In this document: positions 49,891-61,400 of the stretch, one piece after another
Numbering within the stretch: the stretch's first letter is position 1
Layout: every line of letters starts with the position of its first letter
NCBI GenBank assembly: GCA_001179505.1
Contig: CDMY01000380.1
Coordinates: 1 to 64,000 of the forward strand
Length of the DNA: 64,000 nt
DNA from: Vitrella brassicaformis CCMP3155
Taxonomy: Eukaryota > Protista > Chromerida
Direction of reading: 5' to 3'
The notes under the pieces: generated by a model
Databases searched by the model: none
What the model saw: only the letters and a program-made list of their open reading frames with translations
Told to the model about the DNA's origin: nothing
Made by a program: the position numbers and the translations under genes

Positions 49891-51574
49891 GTCGCCGGTC
49901 CACAGGTGTACAGAAATTCGTGTGGGCAGCCCGTTAGAATGATATCCACATTGGACAGACTCCCGACGTGAATCGTTCCAGCGCGACGCGCATTGGAGGA
50001 GACTCAGTCAAGAGGAGTCTCAGGCATTGGCACAGGGCTGCCAACGGCGCGCCACACAGTGCGCCACATCAGCTACTGCACCTGGTCCAGTCGAGGACAG
50101 AATTCACCACTTTCCACGAGTTCGTGGATCACTTGCGCGTCCCCACTTCCCTCCAGATGTCGCGGAACGACATGCACCAAGAACATGGCTCGATGGAGCC
50201 TTCTACGGGTGCAAAATACATAAGAGGGCAGTGGTGATGTCTCACACACACGCGTCATTTCAGTGGTTCAGTGACGTCGACACATCCAAGTATTAGAGCT
50301 ACTGACATCGCCCCGCCGGCCCCTACTCACCAGAATGCCAGCACACACCTCCAAGCGGCGGGCCTGTCAGGTGAGTCATTCATCCACATGTCAGTCTGCG
50401 TGATGGATGCCGAACGAACGACACATTGGGGTGGGGATGGGCAGGTGCCGACCAGTGCGTGTGTAGTAGTAGTAGTGTTTAAAGTAAGGATTGAAAGGTG
50501 GCCCCATGGCAGACCCTCCCGACAGTAAGTTGACCTCAAATATGACTCCTCTCTTTTTGTTGTGATCCCTCACCTCGGGGAATCGCCTTGTTTTCTGCAG
50601 AAAAAACACACGCTTGGCTTCAAATGGCGATTTTTTGACCCCTGTGGTGACCCCTACGAGGCTTTCTGACCCTGGTCGTCGATTTTAGACCCCAAATCTT
50701 GACCCCCTTGACCCCGTTACTTTCAACACTGTTAATAATATAATATTAATAATACAGAACACTCATTCGGATCATCGTATGGTTGTTGGCTATAATTGTT
50801 TTGGTGTGGTGCATGCATGGATGGACGGTCGCGGATGCGTGAATGGATTCATCGGAGGAGAGAGGTGGTTGCGTCCATACAGGTGAAGGACATCCTTCAC
50901 ACAAACAGGCGAGATGTCCACCACATGTGATGCCCCACCGCCACGAGCACGCACCAACACATGCATCTACGCATACACGCATTCACCCATTGCAGTGAAA
51001 AGTCACTAATTTGCCAGTTTGCCAATACCGAAAAACACAAAGAAAGAGGGGGACGATAAAAAGCACAAAGAGCCTCTCAAACAAACGAAAAACATATAGA
51101 TTCACCGTAGGTCTTCAGACAGACTTAGACAGAAAAAAGCTGAACGGTGGATGCGAAGGGGAACCTGCTGTCAGCATGTTTCCACATGGTTGCAGATGTC
51201 ATGGGTATGACCACGTGTGTGACAAGAACAAACAAAGAAAGCGTCCATGTACGGATGAACAAACAAAAGCACATTGCACGCGTAAGATAAGAATAAGTAT
51301 CAACAGCCAACGGCGGGAAAGGGAAGAAAACGCACGGCACCGCCAGCGAGCCACCCACGCCAGCAGAAAATCAACACCAACGGAACTTGGCGAGCAATCA
51401 AGCTTCATCTTCACATGACACACGGACCATCCAGCCAGCCAGCCAGCCGGCCACGCGACCAACCAACAAATACACCCATCCCGCCTTTCTTAGACGCAAC
51501 ATCACACCACACACCCCTTCAAGCGCAGTCAGCAACATGAGCATTCACAAAACTTCCCTCGCTCCGTCGCTCCC

Positions 51575-52550
51575 TCACTGGTTGTCGGCCGGCATGGCCA
51601 GGAGCGACTGGCACTCCTTGACGGCCTGCTGCTGGTTGGGCGGCATCGACGCTGGCTCACGCTCCTCGTGGTCGTTGTTGTTGTTGTTGTTGTTGTTGTT
51701 GTCGCGCCAGCACGAGCCCATGGTGCAGTTCATCCAGCAGGGCTTGTTCCACCTGCAGTCATGTGCAAGGACCAGGAGGGAATTGTCTGTGTGCACCGGT
51801 CGGTGTACACATTGTAGGTGACTGCGTACCAGGTGCAGTCCCAGCAGCACTTTGGAGCGTCCTCATTGTCGTCATCATCGGCATCATCGTCCTCAGCTGC
51901 ACACGTGACAGACAACAGGCGCACATGACAACAGATTAAGACACACGGCACACGTTCGGGCATGGGTCGTTCCCTCTCTGTCTGTCTGTCTGTCTGTCTG
52001 TCTGCTTGCTTGTTTGTCTCCCTCTCCCTCTCTCACCGTCTATGGCTTTGGCTTCGGCGAGTATCTGTTCGCAGGCCTTGCGGACGCGGGCGGCGGACCA
52101 ATCGTCATCGTTGCAGTGGCTCATATCGTTGCAGTGGCAGTGCGCCCACCCACACTCCAGCCAGCAGTCGTGCTTCCATGAGCACGACCAGCAGCACGAA
52201 CGACCTGTACATACAAGACCAAATACACAGAGCCACACGCATAGAACCAAACATTTATGGTGATTGGAGGGCTGTGGAGTGATACAAAGTCGTTCTCATA
52301 AAAAGACACGGTGACTGCCTGCAGTGCATTGCTGACCTTCCTCCGTGGCATTGGCCGGCTGAAGGCCCTGCACACAAGAGAGGCACAGCACATGACAGAC
52401 AGCAACAAAACGAGCAAACACGGGGTAGAGGAGAAGCAGACAACGCACGTACGCAAGTACGGCTGGCCAGGCCTCACTCACCCTAAGGTCACGCGCGAGA
52501 GCAGGAGTCACTGCCAGGATCAAAACGACGCAGCACGCCAGCTTCATCAT
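51575..52550 (-). CDS. Small secreted protein with two Cys/Trp-rich repeats, 5 exons
   Basis: Phase-consistent GT-AG exons give MMKLACCVVLILAVTPALA-RDLRGLQPANATEEGRSCCWSCSWKHDCWLECGWAHCHC...ACEQILAEAK...KCCWDCTWWNKPCWMNCTMGSCW...KECQSLLAMPADNQ*. Confidence 0.8.
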
Positions 52551-53128
52551 GGTCTTGGTGCTGATTGATGGCAATGTGGACGTTGTTGAACTCGGTAGCG
52601 GGAGGATGGCCGGCCTTTCGCAGCAAGACAGCACCGCGAGAAAGGGGCGGTAACGGGAAAGGATTTCAGTTACCGCCAAAACGCACGGACGCAGATCGCG
52701 CCTTCCAACGGCTCATTCGATTCGTGACTTGCACCCCCTGTGAAGGCCCGTAGAAGCATAGCAGTCGCGGAGAGCGAGCCGTCACTGATCTTATCCGAGA
52801 GAGGCTGGTAGAGAGAGCTGTCTAGTGTCTTCGCATGTCTACGTGCATTCCCCAAATTGCTTGCCAGAAGACATCTGGTCCCTGCAGCTCAAGCATCTAC
52901 TGATCCCTACTTCGTTCACTGGCAGCCCACTTCCTTCACCGCGTCTGCAAGCTTAGCCGATAAAGTCGCCCATGCTTCCGTGTAAGTCAACCATCTCATA
53001 AAGGGTTTCACAGATTCAAGATCTGTGGGTTTGACGTGCTTCACACCTCCCACGTAGCGACTGGGCAACGTGTGCCTGCAACAAGTCTTGCAAGCACTCC
53101 CGGCTCGACAGGGAGCGAAGTCGTCCAG

Positions 53129-55298
53129 ATGACCAAGGCGTTGATCCTGGTTGGCGGTTACGGCACGCGGCTGCGGCCTTTGACGCTGTCGGTGCCAAAG
53201 CCCCTCATCCACTTCTGCAACAAGTCTATCGTCGAACACCAAATCGAAGCACTCGTCAACGTACGCAGCCGCACACGGACACGCAGAGGCGAGGCAAGGC
53301 AGCCAAGGCACGCAATGCCGAGGGAAACGGGAGGCAGGGAAGAACAGATGTGCTGTTATTTCGTCTGGTGGTGTGTGCAGCAAGCGGGTGTCAACCACGT
53401 CATCTTGGCAGTGGCGTATCAGCCCGACGCCATGATAGATGCCCTCCACCACCTCGAGAGCAAGGTGACCAGACACCAACCCACACAGCCACTCACTGCA
53501 GCAGGCACCTATTTTCTCTGCGGTGTGCGTTGTTTGTTCGTTAGTTCGGCATTCGGATCACGTGCTCGAGGGAAGAGGAGCCGCTCGGCACAGGTCTGCA
53601 CAAAGGGCTTGGATGCCGCTAATGGCATCTCATTGATAATGTCTGTCTGTCTGTCTGTTTGTGTGATGGCGTGTGCATTTGGTCAGCTGGTCCGATTCGG
53701 CTGGCGAAGGATCTGATAGTGGAGAATGGGGACGACTCTGACTCGTTCTTCGTGTGCAACAGCGACGTCATCTGTGAGTTCCCCCTCAAGGAAATGATCG
53801 CATTCCACCAGAAACACGGACAAGAGGGAACCATACTGGTCAGACACCCCGGCGGTGGCACCAACACACTACACACGATACGACCACATTCGGTCTCTGG
53901 TGTGGTGTACAGGTGACGAAGGTGGATGATCCGTCAAAGTATGGTGTGGTGGTGGCGGAGGACGACGGCAAGATAGAGCGATTCGTCGGTCAGCCAGCCA
54001 GCCAGCCATTTACCCACCACTCTTGTGTGTACCGGTCCCTCTCCTTGATTGATCCATTGTCGTTCTCTCTGTCCCTGCCGTGCCGGTTATGCCACAGAGA
54101 AGCCCAAGGAGTTTGTTGGCGACTGCATCAACGCGGGGCTGTACATATTCAGGAAATCCATCATCGACCGCATCGAGGTCAGTCACCCAGCACACCGCCC
54201 CCATTCGTGTCATGTGCATGACTGCATTTTCTTGTGTATGTGCAGCCCCGGCCGACGTCGATAGAGAAGGAGGTGTTCCCCGTCATGGCGGCTGAGGGCG
54301 CCCTCTACCGCATGAAGCTCCAGGGTTACTGGTGACCTATCAGGAGATAATACGACGACGCGCGCCAACATACTGGTTGTCATGTGTGCGTATGTGTTGG
54401 TTGGTTCAGGGCTGACATTGGGCAGCCGAAGGACTTCCTCAAGGGCATGCACCTCTACCTCGACAGCGTCGACAAAAAGTGGAAAAAGGGACAAATCGAA
54501 CACGTAAGACACACAACCTGACAGACACGCATGTGCGCATACGTGCGTCAGCGTAGGATCGATGTGGTGTTGTGTGTGTGATTGTGGTCAGGATGACGAG
54601 ATTCCGAAGCTCGCCAAGGGGGACAAGTTCATCGGCAACGTACTCGTGGTCAGCCACAACGACACAGCAGGCACCCTTTCGAACGGGTTCATGTGCGTGT
54701 GGTTTTGATTGATGTGTGTGTATGGATGGATCAGTCCGAGTCAGCGACGATCGGCGACGGGTGTCTGATCGGCCCCGACGTCACCATCGGACCCAACTGC
54801 AGAATCGACGACGGTAACTGACACATTGACACACTCTACCGGGCGAGAAAAGGCACGGATGGCACATCCTCTCTGCTGTGCTGTGTTGCCCCCTGCGTGC
54901 GTTGTACATGTAGGTGTGAGGATCCAGAGGTCGGCTCTCATGGAAGGTGAGAGACCGAAAGCATGGGAGAGTAGGGGGATGGATGCATTGATGGATGGAT
55001 GGTCCTCCCCGGGTGCGTCCGCAGGTGTGACGGTGCGGTCGTACTCGTGGATCGACAGCTCGATTCTGGGCTGGGAGTCGACCGTCGGCAAATGGGTCGG
55101 TCAGTCAGTCCACCAACCATACGTACCAACCCACAATGACCTTCTTGTGTCGTTTTGGTTCAGGTGCGGATAGAGGGTTTGACGGTGGTTGGCCAGGACG
55201 TGCAGATCAACAAGGAGTGCTACATCAACGGTGCGTTCATCCTCCCGCACAAGGGCATCAACAACAGCATACACACATCTGGCACCATCGTCATGTGA
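53129..55298 (+). CDS. GMPPB: Mannose-1-phosphate guanylyltransferase (GDP-mannose pyrophosphorylase beta), multi-exon
   Basis: [71 protein letters not shown] and hexapeptide repeats. Ends [18 protein letters not shown]. Confidence 0.96.
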
Positions 55299-55299
55299 T

Positions 55300-57070
55300 G
55301 TCGTGGCGTGGCATGGGACGGCATGGGAGGGATGGAGGGGTGGATAGATCCATGAGATACACTTTCTACCACATCCATGCCACCCACATACATGCTGCAG
55401 ACGGGGGAAGTGGCCATCCATTGGCCAACCCAGACCGACCATGTAGTCTGCCTGTCCGCCAGACAGACAGGGCCAGACAGACCTGTCTGTCTGGCTGGCT
55501 GGTGTGATGTTTGCGTTTGTCTAAAGGGAGTGGATGAGTGGACAACTCGGTTTGTCTGTCTGTACCTACCCACCTACCTACCCGACCCTCTGCCTGACTG
55601 TCTGCCTGTCTGCGTGTATGCCTGTCTGCGTGTATGCGTATGGTGTGGAACCTCTCTCCTCATTCGTGTGGTGTGTGGTGCCTGTACATATGGACGTAAC
55701 GGGACGGATCGCATAGGCCGTAGCTAGCGCACTGACGGATGAAGCATGGGAGAGAGGATGGAATGTTGTCAAGATAGTGGGTGGCCACACACCCCGAGAG
55801 GCAGGGGGAATGGCACAATGGGATGTATGCACTGAGCGCGGAGTGCATTTTTCCGTGGAGTGATGATCGACCGGTCGATCCTGAGCGAGCTGGAGAGGAA
55901 GGCAAGTGGGTGGATGGATGGATACAATCTGGGTGACTGATGAGTCGAGTGTCCTGACTTGCTGCTGGCCGTGCTGTCTCGGTCTGTCTGACTAGTCGGT
56001 GTGGACGGATGCATGCCTTGGAAACGGAGGCTGGCCAGACGAGAAAGATTACCAACCTAGTGCCTGCCTGCGTGGCCTGCCTCGCTCTTTCTCAGATACA
56101 TGTTCATGCGTTCGTGCATCCATCGCACCGCACCCACACACTCACAACGACGTACGGACACAGCGACTTTTATCCACATCTGCCTGCCTGCCTGCCTGCC
56201 TGCCTACTTACCGACCGACAATTCGAGAGAGCTGGTGCTGTTCGTCTCTTGTTTGTCCATCCATACATTCATCCAGTGCCATCCCCACTGTTTTTCCCTA
56301 CTTCTTGTGTGTAAAGCGCCCGACGGATGGCCGTCTGTATTGGTATCTTACGCCCCAGCGGGCTGGTTGGTCTTTTTGCGGACCTCTCTGCTGCCGTGCT
56401 GCCTCTATCGATAGACACCGTGGGAGGCAGGCAGGATGGCAGAGCACGTACGTATACACGCTTGCCATGCACACCCTGGCTGTGGCTGGCTGGCTGGCTG
56501 GCTGACGCACGTGTTTTGCTGTGTACACTCACCCACCGATCAACTCACTTTTTACACACATCTGGTCGATGCTTGTACGTGCCAGTTTTGAGCCCCAAGG
56601 GGTCTGGGGCGCGATGCTCACGTCTATGTGCATCCATTCTGCTAATGTGGGTGTGTGTCCATCTGTCGGCGTATGTACCATCTGCCCTGCTGTTCCTCGG
56701 GCAGCCATCGACCTGTGTGTTTCTCTGTGGATCTTCGACTTTTCCAGCAACGACGACGTGCAATTATACCGTGATGAACGAACAGGGCAACAATGAATGA
56801 ATCAATCCATCGATCTATCAGTCAGACAAACACCAAACACCACACAGTCGTCCACATGCGCGAAGAGTCCTTTACACTGCACACAGGCCCAATGGAGGGA
56901 TGGATGGATGGATGGCAGCACTTAATGTACACTTGCACATTCACACGCGGAGAGGTACATGTACACGGATACATGCAGCCCTTCTGCCGGATCAGCAACC
57001 CCCAACCCAACACAGCCCCAACCCACCGATCCATCCATCCCATCCATTCATCAATCAATCGAGTTCAATC
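55300..57070. repeat. Microsatellite-rich intergenic tract ((CTGC)n, (GGAT)n, (CTGT)n, (GGCT)n)
   Basis: Short tetranucleotide runs occur throughout and there is no coherent ORF. Confidence 0.7.
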
Positions 57071-57079
57071 ACCTCTCTT

Positions 57080-58250
57080 TCACCTCTCGGCGACGCCGCC
57101 GCCCCGCCACAAACAGGCTGCACAAAACCACCACGGAGGAACACTTCCCTGCTGATGTGACAAGTCCTTCCTGGCTATGTACTTACTTGGGATATCTGCG
57201 CGCGCCGCCTCTCTGGCGAAGTTGCTAGTGGGTCGAAGCTCACGTCAATCTGCTCACCGTCACTCAGACCGATATCGGGATCGCCTACCCATGCAGACAG
57301 CCGATCACAACAAGGCAGACGAGATGTGTTGTGTTGTGGTGCTGCCCTGCTCCGTGGTGGGGTGCGGGTCTTCACTCACCGATAAGTGTGGAGAGATTTC
57401 CAATTAGTTGTCCGTCGCACGAGAAGCGCATGCGGTGCAGCACACTCTCAGAGATGCCCCTCTGCCTCAGCAGACGCGACCTCACCAGCCTCTGCTTCAG
57501 AGCACCAAAGGTCACAGCCTGGCAGGAGAGGGGAAGAGTGGACACATCGATGGATGGATCAGTGAGCCACAGGCAAGTCACTCGCGTGCCTTCCTTATTT
57601 TGATAGTCTGCCTGCGCGGCCCAGAAAGCCCACTTGGCCACGCAATGTCAAGCGCCAGACTGGTGACAGACAGGCAGGCGGGAATGAATCAATCGTGCCC
57701 GTGCATTGCCTGCACCGAGCTCGCCCTGCCCACCTGATGGTTTCGTCGGGCGCAGGGGCATCGGTCGACGCACAAGGCCTGCAGGCAGCCACATGACCCA
57801 CCACAGCTTCCAATGAGCATCTGGCTCAGGTCTTGCCCCTCGTGCCTTCCCCGCCGCTCACTGAATCACTCGCCCTCACTGACTCACTCGGGCGATGTTA
57901 TCGCTTTCTCGAGCAGCGCGTCGAAGTCGAAGTCATCACCACCACTCCCGCAACGCCCTGGCCGCGATGGCCGAGCCCCCCCTCCTGCTGCGGTTCCACC
58001 TGCTGCCTGGGAGGATGGTTCAGTAGGAGACGGCTTCTTGTTGCGAGGGGGAGGTCTTAGCCGCTTTGGCGCCTCTGCGATCTCGAGATCATCATCACCT
58101 GATTCATGACCTCCGCTGGCACTTCGCGTTCGTTTGCCTGAATGGCGTTGGAAGAGAGCGACCAAACACAACAGTAGTGTGTGTGCGTTCGTCTCTCTCA
58201 CCGACGCCAGCTGCGAGCATCGGCGGGTCATCATCGTCGAACAGCGCCAT
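57080..58250 (-). CDS. Protein with a SUMO/ubiquitin-like domain (Rad60/Esc2/NFATC2IP-like), multi-exon
   Basis: Acidic/basic N-terminus MALFDDDDPP... The spliced domain reads RQTIKIRK|AVTFGALKQRL...RMRFSCDGQLIGNLSTLI|GDPDIGLSDGEQIDVSF, matching the SUMO-like RFxFDG...DxIdV pattern. The last exon is tentative. Confidence 0.65.
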
Positions 58251-58459
58251 CTACCCAGGGCTCTATTGTGTATCCCGGAGTGCTGCAAACGAAACGGCTG
58301 TCCTCAGCGGGGTGCAGCGGCTCTGTGAAGTGCTCTTGGGTTAGAGCGTCAGTGTCCCTCGTAACAAACCAAAGAAGGGAGGAGTAGGAGATCCTTCTTT
58401 GGAGATGGCGCCGTGAGAGTTAGAACGCATACGTATGAACGGAAGCACTCCAACGTGAA
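58251..58459. promoter_or_regulatory. Putative bidirectional promoter
   Basis: Only 209 bp separate the divergent ATGs at 58250 (-) and 58460 (+). Confidence 0.5.
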
Positions 58460-61400
58460 ATGAGCCGTCGCAGAGGGAGATATCACGCTGACAGTGACGA
58501 AATCGACTCGGGTGAGACAGCGACACAGCTAGGCGTTGATCTCGCCTTCATTCCTCCTTGTGTGCATCTGTGACACACATGTGCGTGCGTTCAGATGACT
58601 CCAACGATTCGGACTTCGCGCACTCGGCAGTGCCCAAGAAGGGCGACGGAGAGCCGCCACGGAAAAGCAGCCGGCTGAAGAAAGCGCCCACGTATGCAAT
58701 CGAGATGTGCCCATCTCGACGCACTTCAAACCCACATCGGTGTCTGTCTGTCTGTCTATGTGTTGTGTGTCATATTGTATGTCAGATCTTACAAGGGTTA
58801 CACCGAGGAGCCCGAGGAGGATGGGGAGAGTGAGGAGGACACCAAGGAGGGGCAGGAGGCCGTCGAGGAGCCCCTGCCCGTCATCGTGCCTCCCTTCGTC
58901 GAAAAGTTCCTCAAGAGGCGCCTCAAGCCTGGCGTCAAGGCTGTCGCTGTCCAGCCAGGCGAGCTGCACCACCACCACCACAAGGAAAACGACTTCGAGT
59001 ACCTAGGTACCTACCTGCCCCACTGAGACCACCCACACAACACAACACAGCACAACACAACCACTGATCATCGATCGGTGCGTGTATTGAATGATGTGTG
59101 AATGGATGTGTGATGGTCGGTGCAGTCAAGTTCACGAATCAGTCGTATCTGCACGCCAAGTGGTTTCCGTACGAGGAGGTGGCGGAGGACGGGGACCGCA
59201 ACAAGCGCATTCGCTTCCTGCGGTACATCAAGCGCATCAAGGAGAAGGGCGAGGAGGAAGACCCCGCCGTCGACTGCCCTGTCGTCGAACGCATTCTCGA
59301 TTGCACCGACATGCACAGGGCCATGTACCCCAACCGGTCCGCACACCTCGAACGCGCCGACTGGGAAATGTACTGCCTCAGAATCATTGATGCCCTCGTC
59401 ACGTTTGAACGAAGCGGGGTGAGTCACTCAGGGGCGTCTGACGCGAGAGGAAGGAACAGCGTGTCCATGCCGCGACCCTACCTTGCTCTCTTGTATAGGT
59501 GTACTACGGCATCCCGTTTCATCGTCCGGTGGACCCCGAGTACGACGGAGCGCCCGACTACTTTAGCGTGGTCAAGTTCCCCATGGACTTCACAACAATA
59601 CAGGGGCGCCTCTACAGACGCGTGTACGAGAAGCCGCAGGTACGGAGAGACCGATGAGGAACACATGGCTTGTGGGTGGACGTAGACGGGTGTTGTTTGT
59701 TCACTAGGACTTCTGGAACGACGTGCAGAAGGTATGGACAGCGTGCCACGAGTACAACAGCCCACAGGGCGACGTTGCCACCAAATGCAGACTCCTCAAG
59801 GCACTCTTCGACAAGGCACGCGAATGAAGCCGCGCATCCGTTCATCGAGCACTTTGTTGTTGGTCTCTCTGTGTGCCTTGTGCCTCATTTGATGGATCAG
59901 CTGTACGGCGAGTGGTCTGAGGTCTCGCGTTCGGGCATCCCCGGTCAAATCCCTGACAACGTAAGTACTTGCACAGACACCTATATCCATCCATTCGTGC
60001 ACACATGCGGATGATGCCTCTCTGTCCGTCTGCCTGGCTGTCTGTCTGTCTGTCTGTGGGTTGGCTGTTTGTCTGGTCATCAGAGTCCGGCGTATGTCGA
60101 GGATTACAAAGGCATCACGGAGGCCGAGGCCATCCAGCACATCACATTCGTGGGACTCCTCGTGAAGGAACGCACGCAACTGTACCTGGTCAAGTGGAAG
60201 GTGACCCCAACCTCCAAAAAACATGGCGAGACACCCATTTGGAGACACACGTCGCTTGTGTGGGCTGCCTCCATCCAGGGTTTGAGTTACACTGAGTCGA
60301 CATGGGAGCCTTTGGACAGTCCGACTCCCGAGGAGGCGGCCAAGATAGCCGACTTCCATCGGCACGCTAATGTGGAGAACCTGGGCACTCGGAGCAGGGA
60401 TGGGCGGGGGGCCGACCTGGTGCGCAAGCAGGAGACGTTCAAGAGGGACATGAGGGACCTCATCGAGAGGGCCATGAGAGAGCTGCACCCGGAGTACTAC
60501 CGGCCCCCGCCACAGCAGCAGCACCGGCCCGCATACCAGATGGGATCAGTCCCCAGAATGCTCCCTCCAGGTACGTGCCTCACCCATCTGATCTCACCCA
60601 TCTGAAGCCAAGCCGTCCATCTCCTTGCTTCCTTCCTTCCTCTGTCTGTCTGTCTGTCTGTGCAACATGGTCAGGTGTGTCGGGGCCTCCCCCCAATGCC
60701 CAGGCCATCTACCATCCCTCATTGGCCGCCCGTCGGGAGTCCCCCCCGCACCGCGGACCAGTGCCAAGCGTCGCACAGGCACATCACATCTTCCGATCCC
60801 CCGTCCTACCCAACTTCACCACCACCACTCAGAACGTCCCACCCCAACACCAACCGCAGCACCAGCAGCCACCCGGCTTTCCGCAGTACCCGCCGCGCGT
60901 GCCGCTTGTCCGGCCCCCACCGGGCGTGACGATGGACAATGCCGTGGGTGGCTTCATCAAGAGCCCCACCAGTGCTGGTCCCCAGGAGATGCTCTCTGAG
61001 ATCACCGCACCCAAGCAGGAGCATGGCCTGCAGACCAACGGCGTGGTCAAGCAGGAAGAGCAGGGGGAGCAACCCGAAGGCCAGCATGACGGCGACAGTG
61101 AGGAGGACGGTGGGTCGGGGGCCATCAAGCCAGAGGTCAAGGGGGAGGCGGCTGGAGACATGTGTGAGGGAGGCGGGCCGTCGGAGGCCGAGGCTTCCCG
61201 TCACACACCCGACGTCCATCCGCCCATCCCGCCCGTCGCCCTGGGTGTGCTTGCCTGTCCCCTGCCCGCACGTCTTGCCAGTCGAGTTGTGCGCGTCGCC
61301 ATGCCGCCTGCTTCGCATCACCCTTCACCACCACCACGGCCAGCAGAGTCACCAGCAGACCTCAAGAGAGTCATCGACAATTGTGAGGGCGGTGAGCCCG

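Noticed and set aside
49950-50350. Possible small minus-strand exons
   Set aside because: A consistent reading frame, start and stop could not be established.
55300-57070. Many 60-170 aa ORFs
   Set aside because: They are translations of microsatellites with no coherent splice structure.
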